The notes beneath the pieces were generated by a model. The model was given only the letters and a program-made list of their open reading frames with translations, did not search any database and had not been told where the DNA came from. Both the position numbers and the translations under genes were made by a program. A DNA stretch of 64,000 nt from Hormiphora californensis (Eukaryota; Animalia; Ctenophora). The stretch lies in NCBI GenBank assembly GCA_020137815.1, contig CM035354.1:3968001-4032000 (forward strand), given 5' to 3'. Shown here one piece after another: positions 34,643-47,904 of this stretch (position 1 is its first letter; every line of letters starts with the position of its first letter).

Positions 34643-36431
34643 GGTAACTTCTTCTGTTATTGTAACCCCTAATCCCCAATTCCCTTTTTAGGTGTGATTG
34701 GAGGAGTGGTGACTGTAATCCTTTAAATTGTTGGATTCTTGCTATTGAATTGATGAGAGACAGGAAAACACAGCTATATATACCGCAAAGTGATGGAGCA
34801 CATCTTGGTCCAGATAGATCAGCCATCGGGTGTATCTTTTGCCCAGCTTATTATACTGTTTACTTCAATGGACTGTTTTTTAATTTTTATAAATGTGTGG
34901 TGGGGGGAGGGCTCCCGTATTAAAACCTTATTTCCGAGAGTGCTCGGATTTACATGATAAATGCGCTCTCTGTCGCCAAAAGTACACTGTGCTATAAGGC
35001 ACTTAAAACAACCAATTACTTCAGTAGTGTCCTCTCTCTCAGTCTTCCTCTGAACCCTCGAAGTGAAAGAGTGACACTCCTCGCCATGGAAAAAGATAAT
35101 CTCAAGCGAATTTAACTCACAATCTTTGTATCTTTGTTCCGCAAGAAGCGGGAGAATTCTCCCTTGTATATAAATGTGATGATGTTTTAAATTGTTTATG
35201 TTTTTAATATATTTGCAGTGTTTACCGTTTTATTATCCATATCAGTTTAAGTTACTGGTAAACAAATACAATGAATAGTGTCGTTGAATAATTAAAACAT
35301 GTGTGTAGATAATTATCTGTCTTTCTCTCTGTCTCTCCCTACCCCTCTCTACCTCTCTCTCACACTCTTACTCGATTTCTATCTCCATACAAACATGTTT
35401 TAAACTGTGAGTTTGATATCGGATTACTGAAACCTTGGAAATGGTCATGAAATGAGGAAGAAATTATCAAACATGATAATTGCCAGTGCTCTGTCTGGAT
35501 GAAATCTGTCCAAAATGAGGTCTACTTACCTTGCGCGCGATATACATAGGTCTTGCGCGCGATGAAAGTAAGCATTGTTATCGTTCTAAAAAGACGCGCA
35601 CCCATGCAAGTTGCCCTAGGCTCAAAAGCCTAATTTGGAACCTATTTTGATCAAATTTTAAACTGTATCTTGTGAACACATGAATTTAAAACACCAAGGT
35701 TTTTACTAGACTCAAATCCGATCTATCAATCAGAAATGAGAGGCATTTGTCCGTTTAACTGGCAAACAGGGGTTTAATTAGCTTCAATTAGTCATTTGAC
35801 CCGGGTACAAACACTTTTTGAAAAAATTTTTTCCACAGATCTGTTTATAAATTGCCCTTCTTCACTCCTGAATAGGTCACAAAAACGTGCCTTTTTGGGG
35901 GGGTATTTTCCCCACTAATACGAGACGCGCGGCGTACGTTTAAAAAGAATCGAAATTTCGCGAAATCGGAAATTTCAAACTTTGAAATCTTTGAAATTTT
36001 GAAATTTGTTACGAAACACATTTTCATTTGGCCGTTGGCGCTTGCACCGTTTCACCCCTGATGTCGTTAGTGGGAGCAAAGTTTAAGCACAAAATCCCCT
36101 CGAACCTATCTGACCGCGTTGCAGAGTGAACACCACTTTCCAAATCAGAGTGTGCTCTAATCGGGACTGGCGTGACTGGTGAAAAACAGCTGAGTGGACT
36201 GTCCCTATGTAAACCGTATGTGTGGATACTGGATAGGTTATGGACAGTCAGAGTTTTGTATATTACTCTACGGTCATCTAGAATGCAGAAAGGTCCTGCT
36301 CGGAAACTAATGCCTTTCAGAGGATCAAAGAGGATATGCGTTCATCTCAGGGCCCAGGGCCCAAGCTGATGGACGATGGTTCATCTAAATGTTTGTATTC
36401 TATTAAAAACATCTGTTCTCAGTATAGGAAT

Positions 36432-37332
36432 ATGTTAGCTGTGTTACTCCTTCTCGCTCTGGTCGGATTAGAAAATGCCAGTCCTCCCACCAAACGTAAG
36501 TAAACCCATTGTGTGCGTGAGTTGTCTTGTGCTGAAAAGATTTCACTTGCAGCTGTCTGGCTGAAATACACTTCTAACTGCGATCTGATTATTGGCCGTG
36601 CGAGAAACACTACCCTGACTCCTCGTGATGAGATCCGATTCTTCTTTGTTGCCCTCAACTACTCCTTCCGGATACGTCTGGATGCCGAGGAAAGCAAGAT
36701 TTACATTGAAAATCCTCGGTTTGCCTCCCTCCATCCCCAATCGATAGGGAACATCTCTGAAGTTCAAGATGTGGAAGAGTTCCCGTCGAATCCCAACAAT
36801 TCTTATCTGCTGTACACATTTAGTTTCACCGCTACTTCATTAATTGTATTTGTGGATGAAGCAGAGGTTGCAGCTATCGCCCTGTCTGATATCGCTGAGG
36901 ATGTCCCGGATTTTTTGAGGAAGGTGAAAGGGATTCAGATTGGCGAGGAGTTCAATAATACTCTTCTCAACCCCAAACACAACTGTAGAGGTGTGTGTCA
37001 TCATATAGCACGTGACGTCATATCAGCATTTGTGTGACGTCATTGTGAGTGTGACGTGATCCTGGTGGGTTTGACACGTGCAGTGTAGCAACGGATGCAG
37101 GAGCGGCGTTTGGGATAGCCTGGGGATTTGCCATTATCTGGAAACGTCGTTGAGAGTCTAGACACCGTGACTGGAACCTGTGTTATAAGCACCTTGGACA
37201 GCATCGATTGAACAAGATGGGTTTTGAGCATGTGTGTCTCGCTTTTTGCGGTTTACCACCATACTACACTCACATTAATTACATCGCACCAGACATGCTT
37301 ATATTCTCTCTCATTTTCTCTATCTCTCATTT

Positions 37333-37375
<43 letters not shown>

Positions 37376-40300
37376 CTTCTCTCTCTCTCTCCTCTCTCTC
37401 TCTCCTTCTCTCTCTCTCTCTCTACTCTCCCTCTCTCTCTCTCTTTCTCTCCCAATCTAATAAGTCTGTTACACTGTAAATCCCACTCATCAGGATCGGC
37501 CTGTGAAAGCAGTGCAGAGTGCAGCGTCGAGAACTTCACCAGTGGAGTATGTGTATCAGGGAGGTGTGTTTGTCACCCTGCCTACCTTCCACCAGGACCT
37601 TGCAGTATCGTTCGGAACACACCCGGCGAGCCTTATGGTAAGAAAATAGTTCGGGGTGGGGACTGTTTGGGGGGGGGGGGGGTTGTAGTGCAGTTGGAGC
37701 TGTTTATTCATTGACCGGGATCTTAGAGCCGATAAAGTAACAAAACACAGACTCATTTCGGGGTGAAGAGGTTGGAATTCGACTGATTTGCTGAATTACC
37801 CGGTACCCCTCCTACAGCCATTAAAACCTATCTACTGGTGGACACAGTTGAGGGATGTGAGAAATCTTTAGCTAGTCCTGCTAAGATAGAGAGTTCATTC
37901 GAGGAGACATTGGCGGTTGCAGTTCTATTTGACCAACGTGTTACAGCAGCAATTTTCTCTCTTTCGTACAGGTAAAAACGCATCTAAATGAATTCCAATT
38001 AACAAGATAGAGAGACAGGCGAGAAAGAGACACAGAGAGAAAGAGAAAGCAACTAACCTTGCCACGCACCGTTAATAATCAACCATGCACACAGCTCTCG
38101 TGGTGGTTGGATGTGGGCTGACGGCTCTAGCATTTATCTAGACGACTGGGTTAGAGGCAAACTACCAGCATCACCTGCAACAGATGATATCAAGATACAA
38201 ATTAGAGCTGATGGGATCTGGCAGGTTTCCAAAGATCTCAACAAATATACCCTCTGTGAACGTGATGGTAGGACCATGCTTGTTCTTTATATTTTCCACA
38301 TACATATAATGACATATAATCATGATAATTTGCACTTATCAGTGTCTTATCATTCATTGAACTTGTTGCTACTTGCTACCTAGAAATGTAATCTAGAAAT
38401 GTCACGTATTATTTCAACAGGGCGGCCAAGGTATGAGTTTCACGATGACCCAGAGAACTACACCACAGCTGAGAGGGTGTGCAGGGACACAGGGATGGAT
38501 GTGGTATCTGTCAGAAACTACCAAGAAATGGGCTTCATTCGGGCTATTTACACGTGAGTGCTACACTTCAACCATCTTATACCTGGCTGTTTTATTTGTC
38601 AAGTTCATAATTGGGGTCTCTCGGGGTTCGACGTGGGTGAGACAGAGAGAGAGAAAGAGAGAGAGATAAAGAGCTAGAGAGAGAATATGTTGTCATATTA
38701 TGACTGTTCATTAACATGTGCTGTTCATAATGGTGTTAATTAAAGGTCGAGGAAAGGAATGGCCTGTAAGGGAACGCAGACAAAAACCGGAACCAACGTT
38801 TTCCCACTTGGGAAAGAGGCATTTTACTGCTTCCTCTCTCTGGTTGGGCGTCCGAGAGACAGGCGGAGGAGCGAGAGCGAGTAGAGAAAAGGGGGGGAGG
38901 GGAGAAGAGAGACGCAAAAGGGGGGGCAAGACGAGAAACGAGAAGAGAGAGCGAGAGAGATGAGACGGGAAGATGAAGGGGCTGGAGAGAGCAGAGCGCA
39001 GGAGAGAGGAAGGAGAGAGAGAGAGAGTTGGGGAGGGAGACGATATAGAGAGTCTATTCGAGAGGTGCCCTTAGGGAAACAAAAGGCTCTCTCTTCGTTC
39101 TTCCATCTCTCCCCTCTCTTCTCCTCTCTCTCCTCTCCTCTTCTCCTCTCTCTCTCCCTCCCTCTCTCTCTCCCCTCTCTCTTTCTCAACGTATAAACAT
39201 TCCCGCACCCTTGCATGAAATTTCAATTTTATCTTTTCCGTGTTCGCCATGGTTTGTGCGTCAGTGTGTCACCCACACACTACTGCACAGGTACCTACAT
39301 CATTTAGACTGGCCGGGAGAGTATCATTGTTACCTATATCCTAACCCCGACCCATAAACTAACCGGGTCGAGCGAGGTAACGATATAACTCATGCCATTT
39401 CGGTATAAGGCCGTGGAAGCTCTAATTCGCGGTGCGTTCACTTTACACACACACCCCTGTTATAGCAGATGGCTGGATAATTGCCACAATATTTAGTGGC
39501 AGAAATATAAGAGTGATGTGAACTTGAGAATCTGTCGGGTCGAGTAGTAATGCACAGAATCAAACCCTTCTCTCATTCGGGTGGACGGTTTTCACCCTTT
39601 CTCTCACTCCCAGGAATGTACAGGGTGATCTCCCCTTGTCACATTTAGTCTCACAGAAGTATATAGGGTGAGTTTAGACCCTTTTCTCAGTTCGCCAGGA
39701 ATGAAACCCCGGTGTTCTCAACCCTTGTCTCTTCATCTCGCAGGAATGGTACCGGGTGTTCTCACCCCCTTTCTCTCTCCAGTCTCCCCAGGAATGGTAA
39801 AGGGTGTTCTAACCCCCTTTCTCTCTCCAGTCTCGCCAGGAATGGTACCGGGTGTTCTCACCCCCTTTCTCTCTCCAGTCTCGCCAGGAATGGTACCGGG
39901 TGTTCTCACCCCCTTTCTCTCTCCAGTCTCCCCAGGAATGGTAAAGGGTGTTCTAACCCCCTTTCTCTCTCCAGTCTCGCCAGGAATGGTACCGGGTGTT
40001 CTCACCCCCCTCCCTCTCCCTCCCCAGGAATGGTATAAAGGGTGTTCTAGTACCCCCTCTCCCTCTCCTTCTCCTCATCTCCCTCCTGGTAAAGGGAGTT
40101 TTAACCCCCCCTCCCTCTCCCAGGAATGCCAACAGGAATGGATGGGTTGGAATGGTAAAGGGTGTCGAGGAAGACTGGATATGGGGAGATGATACCCCCG
40201 TAAACCGAACCATCCGATTACCTAGCACAGCCCCCTACGGGCAGACCTCTCGGGTTGTACTGTTTCATTCAGGATTGGCGGTGGTCAACGAGACTACTAA

Positions 40301-43118
40301 AGTACCGTTCATCTGCAAATCTACTTCAGGTGAATATCTGCAACTGGGCGGTACTGGGACTCTGGCTTTGAATGCTGGGTGGGGCTGATATATGGAATAC
40401 TGGGTTGGTATAAAAAGGATTGTATTAGTACATTTGATTTCCATTCCTGACTGGTGAATGGGTCGATTAACTGATGTCGATTTGTGAATACTGAATGATA
40501 CTTCTCCTCTAGTTGTACGTGACTGTAAAGTACTCAAGAGTATCTCACCGAACCTCAAATCAGGACGATACAGAGTTCGACCTTTCTACAGTGACTACCA
40601 GGTACCTGGCCTAAAATTGCTGGTCTCTTAGGGCCACTCATTACTCTGAACTCTAAAGTGTATTCGTCCGGCTCTGATTATCACGCACGCTGCTCGAGTG
40701 GCCAGCTGCTTTTTAAAAATGTGGCACCATCACCAACACATGGTCCAGCAGCAATAGATTAGTAATGATACATTTGTAGTTTGTCTGTAGTAGTAGTCTG
40801 TATACAATCTACGACACGCACGTGTGACATAGTGACATGATATGATGAGTAATCACACACTGGAGAGAGACAGGGAATGAGTACTGTACTTTCTGGTAAT
40901 GACTCTGTCAACAGTGAGAACTGAGAGCCTTATCATCAATCCAGCAATCCTCCCATTTTCTAGATAGGTATACGGTGCTTTTTTAGCTCTGTTTTCTTCC
41001 CTTCCTCTCTGTCCACTCTCTTTCTCCCCTCTCTCTCACCTTTTCTCTCTCACTTTCTCTCTCTCCCCACCTCCCTCTCTCTCTTTTCGCATGCAAGGAC
41101 ACACATAAATGTCAATTGACCCGGATTTAGAGCCTCCGTATATAATTCCTATGTTAAATACACACACGGCCAGTGGCGTGAAATCACGTCTAATATTATG
41201 CACAGGAGGGTAGGAACCAGAGTGTCCCCCTCTCTCAATACTAAGTATACTATATAGGACCGATCACACGTCCACTTCTCCAAATCACCATTCTCAATGA
41301 AATTTGTGATAATTACCTGTTGACCTAGTTCTGCTGCACTGCAGCTAAAGAATCGTTCTCCTTAATTCCGATTCTAAAAGAGATTCAATATCCAGGTGTA
41401 CTGTGATATGACGACAGACGGGGGAGGTTACACTTACTACATAAACTCAGCGGTACAGAATGCCATTACTTCCACCTCTACTATCAAACGGTTCTGCAGG
41501 GACTTTGATCCCATCGACATTGTATCTACCAGCCAGGTATGAGAGAGAGAGCAACTAAACCCCTCGGTATACTTGGTAAGTGAAATACCCTGGCGTTCTG
41601 TTAATTATTCATATATAAAAATATTGGTTGAATAGCCATATGCTTGCGGCTTCGCTTTACCCGCATACGCGGTGCGTGTATGGCCTCACCCCATGAGCCC
41701 CCCTTATCCACGTAGTTCAGTGTTATCATGCATTAGGGGTGCTTGAACAGGTCTCCTAAGGACGGACGGTCGTTATATCGGGGATTAGTCAGCGGCGAGT
41801 CCATCTCTGTTCCGGGTAGTGTTCACAAGATTTTACTAGGAGTATTTGTACTTACCCAATGAGTGTAATATGCCCAATGGGCCCATATCCAGATAGCATA
41901 GTTTACCATCTTTAAAACAAACAATTCCAATAGGAGGCTAAAAAAACCAGAATACCTCACAGTATAACAGAGCAACGTCTCCTGTTTTCAGGTGTACCAA
42001 CTACACGTGCTTGGCGTAGCAGGTTTCCTACTTCTAAGACGACACCCGTGTTGTTATCATTCCGGAATTTTCACTCAGCGGATCCAAATCCTCTCTTCTC
42101 GATGTTCCCGTACTGTTCTTCACATGCTAGGGTTTAATATGTTCCCAATTGGGCAAAAGATGGCCATATTTTCCTGTTCGACCATCTTAGAACATAAAAT
42201 GTTCCCATATTAGGGGTGGTAAAAACTAAGGAATAACATCACACTAGAGACATGGAGGGGGACGTTTCTTTTTTCCCATGTCACCACACACACACACTCA
42301 GCTTGTTCAGCTTCCCTCTTTTCTAATTTATTTTATCACATTCTCTCTCTTTTTTATCACTTTCTCTCTTTTTTATCACTTCATCGTTCCTATTATCTCT
42401 CTCTTCTTCTCATTGTGCTTCCCTCTGTTCCTTCCATCATCCGTCACACTTGTACGAATTCACTCCACACTGTTCAGGCCAATTTTATCTGACGTCAGGA
42501 TGACATGATAGCACAAAACACACAAACAAACAAACAAACAAACAAACAAAACACACCATCCCTCTCTACCTTCCTAACATACCCACATCACTAAAAACAC
42601 ACCCTTCCCCTCTACTTCAACCACCTCTCTCGCCCCGTTTCTCTCCCTAACTCCACCCCATACACAGGAGAGACCTATCTGAGTTGTTACTACGACTGGA
42701 GTTATTTCATGGTTTGAAGGTTGAGCACCGGAGTTCCCCCGGTTATGGTACCATGTTAGGGTTGTCAGGGGAGAATAAACTGGTTTCTTTCAAGAAATAC
42801 GACAGGTTGGAGATCGTTGCTGCTTTATGTGGATACAACAACAAACCAGGTTTTCAGGAAGGGAGAGAAAGAGAGAAAAAAGAGAAAAAGAGAGAAAAAA
42901 GGGGGAATCAGTATAGTAACAAACTCCCCCCTTAGCACCCCCGGATTCCTTTTCCGTGAACTATTTCTCCAACTGGCAAGCTCGCCCGGAAGTCGTCTTA
43001 TCCTACCCCGTTCCGTTCCCTCTTTCTGAGTACACACTGTGTGTCTGGTTCGCTACAAATGAGACTGGGGTAAGATCATCTCTCTTCTATTCCTTCCCTT
43101 TTGTCTGCCTTTCTCTCG

Positions 43119-43206
<88 letters not shown>

Positions 43207-44318
43207 ACTCTCTTCCTATCTCTCCCTATCTTTATCTCTACATGAGCTCATTCCAGGGCACGCTATTGTCGTTTGTGGCGGGAGAGGAAGAAACTGCGAT
43301 TTCTATTTCTGAATCAGGTAACAATAGTGTCATAGATCAGCTAGTAGTAATATCCCAACTCACATTTATTTAGAGTCTGAATAGGACAGCATAATGCCCC
43401 AACTCACATTTATTTAGAGTCTGACTTAAATCATATTCCCTCTCCATATCCCCCAACTTGTAATAAGGTCAGTTCTCAACTTTTAATAAGGTCAGCTCTC
43501 ATTTCCCAGGTTTTTCTGATGGTCTGCCCCACCGTCTCTGTTTACTTTCCTCTGGAGGCGACCGCCAGAGCTCGTTTATTGACGGTGTGCAGATAGAAAA
43601 TCTGCCGGCTCCCGCTGTCCTCAGTGGCATTATCACAGTCGGTAGGTTTGCACTGGAGAGAGAAAGAGGGAAAAACTGGAGAGAAAGGAGGGTGAAAACG
43701 AGAATTAAGAAAAATTAATTTCAGATAATTTTCCCTATTTTCCTACAGGTTACAGCAAAAGAAAACCTCAAAATAGATTCGTTGGAAGGATTGAAAGTGT
43801 GGATATTTGGGATACCGCCCAGCAGGTCTGTTGAAGTTTCCCATTAAATTCTTAACTAGTATACCACCCGGCGGTTCCGTTTAACAGTTCATTGACACTC
43901 CCTGCTAACACCCAATTCATCTTCTCAGGCTGTAGGTGTGTCCCTCAGCCCCCTGTACATTCCTGGTAATATTCTCAAATGGAGTGATCTGTACCCCCTC
44001 TCTCCAGATTCCCTCGTTTTTACAGCACCCCACCTTTTCGGTAAGAGCTTTGGTGCGAGCGCGCGCGACCCGTTCCTTTTGATGAAAGTACATCACCGTC
44101 GCTTTGCGCGCGCTCCTGCACGTGCTGAAAACTCTACCTTGGCCGTGGGAAATAGGAGGGAAATATACTTCAGAACAATATTAGCGATGTGGCGGCCGAT
44201 CCATCACCACCACAATACCAGTGGAACCTTCCCGGTAGCAATTATTTATACAGTGATACCTCGATTTACGGGAACCTCGATTTACCACTTCAAAACAACA
44301 CACATTTCAATATTTTGA
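36432..44318 (+). CDS. Large secreted multi-exon mosaic protein: EGF-like, C-type lectin domains, fibrinogen-like N-terminal subdomain, pentraxin/LamG-like; 3' end uncertain
   Basis: Signal peptide MLAVLLLLALVG; CVSGRCVCHPAY; WMWADGS..YTLCE; YTTAERVCR..GWVGM..WIWGDDT..PFICK; RDCKVLK..SGRYRV-VYCDMTTDGGGYT; YTLCVWF; GNILKW. Exon structure only partly traced. Confidence 0.7.
39690..40135 (+). repeat. Intronic 48-bp minisatellite (6 core copies plus degenerate ones)
   Basis: Units CAGGAATGGTA(CC/AA)GGGTGTTCT.ACCCCCTTTCTCTCTCCAGTCTC start at 39741, 39789, 39837, 39885, 39933 and 39981. Confidence 0.9.
43121..43203. repeat. (CT)n microsatellite
   Basis: Direct reading. Confidence 0.95.
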
Positions 44319-44348
44319 AAGAGGGTTAAAATACACAAGAAAACACAA

Positions 44349-45826
44349 TTAATCAACGTTTGGGGGCTGATATTTAATAGTAAAACTATCCCTGCCATAC
44401 CCAAATTGTTCTGCACACTCCAAAAACCGGACCGCTCTCAAATTGTTACTGTAGCAATAGAAAATCTGGGGTGACAACTGCAAGGCCCGATTGTTTTGGT
44501 ACGCCTTGTTTGTAAGAGCCTTGTAAATCGTGAACCCATCCGAATCCTCCAAGATGGTCTTGGTGATGTTAGCAAGACTGCTATACCCAATATTCTCTAC
44601 CCCCATGATCTCTCTAAGAGATTGGTATCTGAAGTACCGGGGAGGGGTCTCCGCAATACTGTAGAACTCCAGCCAAGTATTATACGTATGTAGATCTACC
44701 AGCTCGCCCTTCTCACTAATCTGAGCTATGGTATAGGCTGGCTGACTGGAATAAACCGGTGACACACTAGGCAGACTATACACCAGGACTCCCCTTTCAT
44801 TCAGTGAGAATGTGTCCTCGTGTTCGTGCCCCCAGAAAGTTGCTATGATGTTCTCCCTATGTTTCGAGCAGACCGAGTTGAACACGTAGAACCAATCCTC
44901 GTGCCAATTCTGCTTTAGCGCCCTGTTACTGTACAGCTCGTACAGACTCAGAGAGGGTGGGGTGTGTCCAATGATCAGTATTTTACCGGGTGCCGACTCT
45001 ACAGAGTCCTCTAACCAGGCAAGTTGTGCTGCTGCGTGTGCAGCTGATATCACATGTTCCTGCATATTAACAGAGAACATGTTGGTGTTCAGGACTATGA
45101 TTGTCAGTTTATCGTCCCAGGTTGCTTTGTAGTACCCTCCTTTGAGGAAGGTCTCTCTAAAATCCGGGGCCAGAACTATCCTGGAGTCTTTTAGCAGGAA
45201 GGGCTCATACAGAGCTAACAAAGACAGATACCAGCCTGGTTTGGGCAGTAAATAGAACCCAGGGAGATCATTATTGCCGATCACAGGAAATATCGCCAGA
45301 CCAGGGAGGAATTTATCGAACTTCTCCGCGGCTGCTGTCACGTAATCCAGGGTTTTGGAAGCGTCCCACTCTGATAGGGCTTGATGGGCAGCAGCATCCC
45401 CCAGAAACAACCCAAACTGCTGATTAGGTGCACGGGTTTGTAGCGTCTCGTTGATGTGGTGGAGAAGGTTATCAAGGAGCATGGGGGCTGTATCACACCC
45501 TGCCATTCCATAGGTCCCCATCTCAATGTTATAGTTTTTACAGTCCTCTATATCAGGTGTAGAGATGAACATCTGTGAAGATTGGAATCACAAGATCACC
45601 GTCCTTTAACGTCCCAAGGATCGTGGCGAGAATCAAGGTCCCATGCAGTCACAAAGAACAGGGCTGCTGCGAGGACTACCACTAGGATGATTAGAGTGAC
45701 GATGGTGAATATTGTCCCGGTGTTTCCCTCGGGTTTGTATTCCTCCCCCGGCGGGATGAGACCTCCTTGCTCTTCGTCGCTGGCACTGCCCTTCCCGCTG
45801 TTGATCGAGAAGTACTTGGCGCCCAT
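44349..45826 (-). CDS. Type II membrane metallophosphoesterase of the acid sphingomyelinase-like/PPN1 family; two apparent frameshifts near 45555-45605
   Basis: N-terminal TM segment; TDVH motif in a third frame; GCD.AP.L; LGDAAAH; IGNND; GGYY; IIGHTPP; GHEH; PSVSP. Confidence 0.8.
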
Positions 45827-47904
45827 CTAGGAGGAGGACTGTTAGATTTGTTATGTTCTAACTCTCCTTTACATTTGTAACGGAAAGAGGGTCGAGCTAG
45901 GCAATGTTAGATACAGTTGTCAAATATACAATTCAAACTAATAGGATATCTAATACAAGACCTACATAACCACTTGAATACTCCCAATAATTATTTTGCG
46001 GGACAATGGGATATATTATACGGATATGAAACATTTGATGAGGTGTGTCACGTTGCTGAATTTTAGACCCGCCCCTTACATTGTACAACTAACCTATGAT
46101 AGAAGTGTGACTGCTGACTGTGTGACCTATAATATTAGCAGTGTGTGACTGTGTGGCTGTGTACAACAAGCAAAGTACAAGACAAGCTACACAGATGCAG
46201 AGTGAAGCGACACCTCAATATTCCCCCAAATACACCAGTTAGTTCTTCATATGTAAACAAAACAATAAAAAACAGCGCCATGATCTATTGTTATAACACT
46301 ACTAGAACTACCAATAGATATCGCTATTTTTTATTGTTTTGCAACGTGCACTACCAGTGGTAGTTCACTGCTAGTACAATGGTAGTTCCATGAGGAAACT
46401 TGATAGTTTTCTCCTTCCGGCTGGACAAGATGAGTTGGTGGGTCTTGTTTTGTAGCTACAACAAAAGATCCGTAAAGAGAAAACTAAAACTTCCTCATTG
46501 ACCGCTAATAAACAATTAACCTATCCTCCACCGATTCTCACTGGTAGTTCAGCTTCATATGAATTATAATGACACTACTGTTATAATACCCCTCTGTGCG
46601 AACGTCCCATCTCAAATGGGTGACTTCATAACCGATCCAAACAATGTGTCAGTCTGCTTACCGTATCATCGTCAGATTCCTCTCCACTACCTGGATTGGC
46701 AGCAGTCATATTGCCCTATGATATTATTAGATAGTATTTGGAGATGGAGATGTGTTCTAAACGAGGAGAAATTCAGGTTTTAACTATCCAACCTTGTTGA
46801 GTAACTCTCAACAAATCCAACCGGCCCACGCCCCTGGGTAAGGTGAGGTTTTTTTCGAACACTCATGGAACTTTGTTTTAGGCATCACTAGAGTTAGACC
46901 TCTACCAAAATACATACACCCAAATATATGGGCTAAGAATGGTTGCGTGTGCAATTGGGGCAAATCAAAACCGTGTCTCACCCAGGGGAGGGGGCACGAA
47001 CGGAGGATTCTGAGCAAAAGAGGGCTGATAATTCCAGGTTTAACTCGAGCATAAGATGGGGCAGATAAATCGCGACACGATACAATCCGAGACTGATGAT
47101 TGTATCATTCACTACCCTCAACATTGCACCCACGCACATGATGCTCATAATAATATCCAGTGAGAGACTATCCGGCATCCTCTTACTCAACAAGCATTCA
47201 CCCCTTTCTAAGGAGTCTAAGGAGAGGTGAGACTATCCACCTCATTCAAAGGAGACAGAATGATCCTTGGTCCGTGTTCACTTTTCAAAGAAATTCAGAG
47301 GGAATGCAAATGTGCATACCACATGTGCCACTAGTGCCACACCTCACCTTTCATTGCTGATTGCCATGATATAAGAACGTTCTGAGTTTCGATTCGTACT
47401 AAAGTCCTACAACCTACATATACACCCCATACCATGACACTAAGTTACACTCAGACAGTAAGCCAACTTTAACTAACCTAACTGAAAACACTATTAGATT
47501 TCCCATTATTCATCACCTTGCTAAATTTGCATATTGAAACTTTATTACTGTTCGAAGGGTACAGTGGGTGGTCCTGACTGACAGAAAAGCGATTATTTGG
47601 CTTCAAAAGTACCTGTCAAGGACTGACAGTCACCTGTCAGTGTCACCTCCCCTATAACATGTTAGACTTGAGACTACATTGCCTTGCTCGACCCTGTTTC
47701 ACCGAGGCCCCACACGGCGAAACAAATGTAAAAATAGAACAAAAGGCTACACCACAAAGAAATTAATGAAGATGTACCTACTGGAGAAGATGGAGTGAGG
47801 AGTATTTTACAGCAAACGATCAAGGATCAAAACGAAACTCAAACTTAGACGTGGAAAATATCAGATAAGAATGAGATAAGACATATAAAACATACAACTG
47901 ACAC

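Noticed and set aside
39319-39450. Intronic H/ACA snoRNA
   Set aside because: The second hairpin is unconvincing; the first belongs to the dispersed GGGTCGAGC hairpin family.
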